Shown here one piece after another: positions 60,205-64,000 of a stretch of DNA of 64,000 bases. The stretch is from Octopus vulgaris (Eukaryota). Each line of letters opens with the position of its first letter. Within the stretch, counting starts at the first letter, position 1. The DNA lies in contig OX597826.1 of assembly GCA_951406725.2 (NCBI GenBank), positions 23,684,001 to 23,748,000 of the forward strand, written 5' to 3'. The translations under genes and the position numbers were made by a program. The notes under the pieces were generated by a model. The model ran no database searches, was not told the origin of the DNA, and was given only the letters and a program-made list of their open reading frames with translations.

Positions 60205-62405
60205 GTGAGCTAAATTTATCTTAGACATGGATAAGTAAGAGGAACTATAAAATTATATATATATTTATTCTATATTTAACGAGACGTGAGGCTGATCGAT
60301 AGTTGAGAGGAACTATAGAATTATATATATATTTAACACGAGACGTGAGGCTGAAATTTATCTGAGACATCGATAATTAAGAGGAACTATAGAATTATAT
60401 ATATATTTAACATGAGGCGTGAGGCTGAAATTTATCTGAGACATCGATAATTGAGAGGAACTATAGAATTATATATATATTTAACACGAGATGTGAGGCT
60501 GAACTTTATCTGAGACATCGATAATTGAGAGGAACTATAGAATTATATGTATATTTAACACGAGACGTGAGGCTGAAATTTATCTGAGACATCGATAATT
60601 GAGAGGAACTATAGAATTATATGTATATTTAACACGAGGCGTGAGGCTGAAATTTATCTGAGACATCGATAATTGAGAGGAACTATAGAATTATATATAT
60701 ATTTATAGAATTATATATATATTCTGTACGTGAGAAGACCAGGCAGGACAAGTGAGCCCAGCCCACTTATGAATGCCTTTCCTCCCTTGGACACAAAGAC
60801 CGGTTGAGGCAAGCGAAGTCGATATAGAACCTCATCCGACGACAGACACCCATGCCAACCCCCATGCTTGCGAAGACATGTTGGGGCAAGCGAAATCGAA
60901 ATCGAAACCGAATTGAACCAGCCAGGATCCCTGGCCTGGTGGTACGTAAAAAGCACTATCCGACTCGTGGCCGTGGCACGTAAAATACTCCAATGCGGCC
61001 GTACGACAGGCACCCATGCCAACCCCCTTTGCTTGTGAAGACATGTTGGGGCAAGCGAAATCGAAATCGAATTGAACCAGCCAGGATCCCTGGTCTGGTG
61101 GTACGTAAAAAGCACTATCCGACTCGTGGCCGTGGCACGTAAAATACTCCAATGCGACCGTACGACAGGCACCCTTGCCAACCCCCTTTGCTTGTGAAGA
61201 CATGTTGGGGCAAGCGAAATCGAAATCGAATTGAACCAGCCAGGATCCCTGGTCTGGTGGTACGTAAAAAGCACTATCCGACTCGTGGCCGATGCCAGCA
61301 CCGCCTCGACTGGCTTCCGTGCCAGTGGCACATAAAATACACCAATCTGACCGTGGCCGTTGCCAGCCCCGCCTGGCACCTGTGCAGGTGGCACGTAAAA
61401 AGCACCCACTACACTCACGGAGTGGTTGGCGTTAGGAAGGGCATCCAGCTGTAGAAACATTGCCAGATTAGACTGGAGCCTGGTGCAGCCTTCTGGCTTC
61501 CCAGAACCCCGGTCGAACCGTCCAACCCATGCTAGCATGGAGAACGGACGTTAAACGACGATGATGATTAACACGAGACGTGAGGCTGAAATTTATCTGA
61601 GACATCGATAATTGAGAGGAACTATAGAATTATATATATATTTAACACGAGACGTGAGGCTGAAATTTATCTTAGACATCAATAAGTAAGAGGAACTATA
61701 GAATTGTATATATATTTAACACGAGACATGAGGCTGAAATTTATCTGAGACATCGATAATTGAGAGGAACTATAGAATTATGTATATATTTAACACGAGA
61801 CGTGAGGCTGAACTTTATCTGAGACATCGATAATTGAGAGGAACTATAGAATTTAAATATATATTTAACACGAGACGTGAGGCTGGAATTTATCTGAGAC
61901 ATCGATAATTGAGAGGAACTATAGAATTATATATATATTTAACACGAGACGTGAGGCTGGAATTTATCTGAGACATCGATAATTGAGAGGAACTATAGAA
62001 TTATATATATATTTAACACGAGACGTGAGACTGAAATTTATCTTAGACATCAATAAGTAAGAGGAACTATAGAATTATATATATATTTAACACGAAACGT
62101 GAGGCTGAAATTTATCTGAGACATCGATAATTGAGAGGAACTATAGAATTATATATATATTTAACACGAGACGTGAGGCTGGAATTTATCTGAGACATCG
62201 ATAATTGAGAGGAACTATAGAATTATATGTATATTTAACACGAGACGTGAGACTGAAATTTATCTGAGACATCGATAATTGAGAGGAACTATAGAATTAT
62301 ATGTATATTTAACACGAGACGTGAGGCTGGAATTTATCTGAGACATCGATAATTGAGAGGAACTATAGAATTATATATATATAACACGAGACGTGAGGCT
62401 GAAAT
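60205..62405. repeat. 74-bp minisatellite, about 18-19 units, split by an RTE 3' insertion
   Basis: Unit AACACGAGACGTGAGGCTGAAATTTATCTGAGACATCGATAATTGAGAGGAACTATAGAATTATATATATATTT. Starts at 60335, 60409, 60483, 60557, 60631, then 61570, 61644, 61718 ... 62311, 62383. Confidence 0.97.
60724..61568 (+). mobile_element. Extremely 5'-truncated RTE copy (last codons, 3' UTR with ~160-bp internal triplication, (GAT)n tail)
   Basis: Begins with codons for VREKTRQDK* as in the 32421 ORF. GAAGACATGTTGGGGCAAGCG recurs at 60872, 61037 and 61196. Confidence 0.92.
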
Positions 62406-62898
62406 AAACAGAGTCAAAGTCAAACAGAATAGAGATAACTAAAGGTCAATCAATTGGGCAGAAATATTACTGATAGGTACGGGATGAATTAAAGAAGAAT
62501 ATTGCTTAACTATGATTCATCTTTGTTGACAGCAACAGTTTGAATCAAAAAATGGGGAGGCTATAATACAGGCGTTAGTTTATATAGGGTGGTGGTGAAG
62601 GGAAGTGGAAAGTCCTGTCTTTCTAAAGAGATAGAAAGACAAACAGGAAGAGATGGAGATAGAGAAAAACATATCGAGACAGGGGGGGGGCCCACTAAAA
62701 CTAGCAGCCATGAAGGGGCGCCTCTCATTTCTTGGAAAAGGAATACATATTAGTAGGTACAAAATACCTAAATTTGAGAGAGAGATATTTTGCAGATTTA
62801 TGGGAGATGCGTGAGCTAAATTTATCTTAGACATCGATAAGTTATATATATATATATATATATGTAGAAAGTTGAAAAGGAACGCATGAGTTGATCTG

Positions 62899-62993
62899 TA
62901 TAAGGAACATAAGGCAACGTAGAAAATGCTAAAATAATTATTATAACTATATAATTATTTTAGCATTTTCTATCTTGTCTTATTTTCCTTATA
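62899..62993. repeat. AT-rich fold-back (~42-bp arms)
   Basis: TATAAGGAACATAAGGCAACGTAGAAAATGCTAAAATAATTA is mirrored by TAATTATTTTAGCATTTTCTATCTTGTCTTATTTTCCTTATA. Confidence 0.8.
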
Positions 62994-63237
62994 TATATAT
63001 ATATATAGATATATACACACACACACACACAGACACACACATACAGTGGGCTTCTTTTGGTTTCTATCTACCAAAACCACTCATAGGACTTTCATTGGCC
63101 TGAGGCTCTACAAGAAGACACTTGCCCAACATACCATGCAGAAGGACTGAACCTGGAACCATGTGACTGGGAGGCAAACTTAGTACACAGCCACACCTGC
63201 ACCTAAGTTTACTCGATGATACACACACGCACACACG

Positions 63238-63592
63238 AAGCTTGCTTCCTAACCACATAGTTTCAGGTTCAGTCCCACTGCATGGCACTTTGGGCAAATG
63301 TCTTCTACTACAACTTCAGGTTGACCAAAGTTTGTGAGTGGATTTGGTAGACGGAAACTGAAAGAAGCCTGTCATGTGTGTGCGTTTGTTTTTGTGTCTC
63401 TTTGTCCTTCCGCCTTACTGCTTGACAACTGATAGTGATGTGTATATGTTCCTGTAACTTAGCAGTTCAGAGACTGACAGAATAAATACTGGGCTTTAAA
63501 AAAAAATCCTGGGGTTGATTTGTTCGACTAAAACTTCTCAAGATGGTGCTCCAGCATGGCAGCAGTCAACTATCTGAAACAAGTAAAAGAAT
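63238..63592 (+). mobile_element. SINE family A, preceded by an inverted A head (63047-63200)
   Basis: Match to family A. Confidence 0.85.
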
Positions 63593-63702
63593 ATTTATAT
63601 ATAAAATACTGAGCGAGGTATAAACAGCTGCATGACATCGTGAAGTATATTTACCACCTAAATGTGGCTAACCCATAAGGAGTGATGCTAATGTAGCTTG
63701 TA

Positions 63703-64000
63703 GCCCTAGGAAGACATCTCCAGCTGGCTATCAACGCACTTTCTGTGCCCTATCAGTATTTACAAAGGGAGTCATCATTCCCATCACCAGCCTGACGTGG
63801 TACACACGGACCTGGGTTTCTGCGTGTTGACCCATCATCAGCGTGTGACAGCCACCGGTTGGCGATGTGAAGTAGTTCCCAAATGCAAATATATATATAT
63901 ATACTTTTTCCAGTGACGAAAAGTCACTGATCTCGAAAAAGTGGAAATACTGATAGGGCACAGTGTTGATAGCCAGCTGGAGGAGATATCTTCCTGGGGC
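63703..64000. mobile_element. Inverted-repeat element (arms of at least 55 bp, probably running past the window end) with a hammerhead in the spacer
   Basis: GCCCTAGGAAGACATCTCCAGCTGGCTATCAAC...CTGTGCCCTATCAGTATTT is mirrored at 63945-64000. Confidence 0.75.
63803..63847 (-). ncRNA. Type I hammerhead ribozyme with canonical core
   Basis: Minus strand: CACACG-CTGATGA-TGGGT CAAC ACGCA-GAAA-CCCAGG-TC-CGTGTG. 6-bp stem I, GUC site, one mismatch in stem II. Confidence 0.8.

Larger units (their letters stand above)
60091..62842. repeat. ~146-bp direct repeats (60091-~60236 and 62697-~62842) enclosing a 74-bp tandem array
   Basis: AAAACTAGCAGCCATGAAGGGGCGCC...CTTAGACATCGATAAG occurs twice with about 2 mismatches. 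Confidence 0.9.

Noticed and set aside
60043-60228. Duplicated ORF MSKINLAHASPINLQN... (also 62580-62834)
   Set aside because: It only mirrors the 146-bp direct repeat; no domain and no evidence of coding.
60711-61538. 275-aa minus-strand ORF with internal repeats
   Set aside because: Antisense reading of an RTE 3' UTR; the repeats reflect the DNA triplication.
60205-62405. 74-bp array as a CRISPR array
   Set aside because: Units are contiguous and near-identical with no unique spacers, there are no cas genes, and the context is eukaryotic.

Overview
AT-rich, microsatellite-dense animal genomic DNA, most likely intronic sequence from an octopus or another coleoid cephalopod. That assignment is inferred from my recognition of the SINE and RTE families and was not checked against a database. 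Almost all ORFs in the track are microsatellite or SINE noise. The real coding signal comes from transposon proteins (several RTE LINEs, two CR1/L2-group LINEs, mariner remnants, a Helitron helicase fragment, Penelope GIY-YIG remnants), one good host exon candidate (54244-54477, +) and a tRNA-Gln(TTG). The most notable observations are: (1) RTE reverse transcriptases with a C4HC3 PHD finger inserted between the YADD palm and the thumb, seen in two divergent families; (2) about nine hammerhead-ribozyme-like motifs, two with compensatory C3-G8 core swaps (U3-A8 and A3-U8), carried by Penelope-like or retrozyme-like partial-tandem and fold-back elements; (3) a tRNA-headed SINE with a target-site duplication whose body holds a hammerhead motif; (4) a 74-bp tandem array bracketed by ~146-bp direct repeats directly upstream of a near-full-length RTE; (5) SINE heads pairing with different LINE tails, and a templated-insertion repair scar. 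All coordinates and alignments were read by eye.
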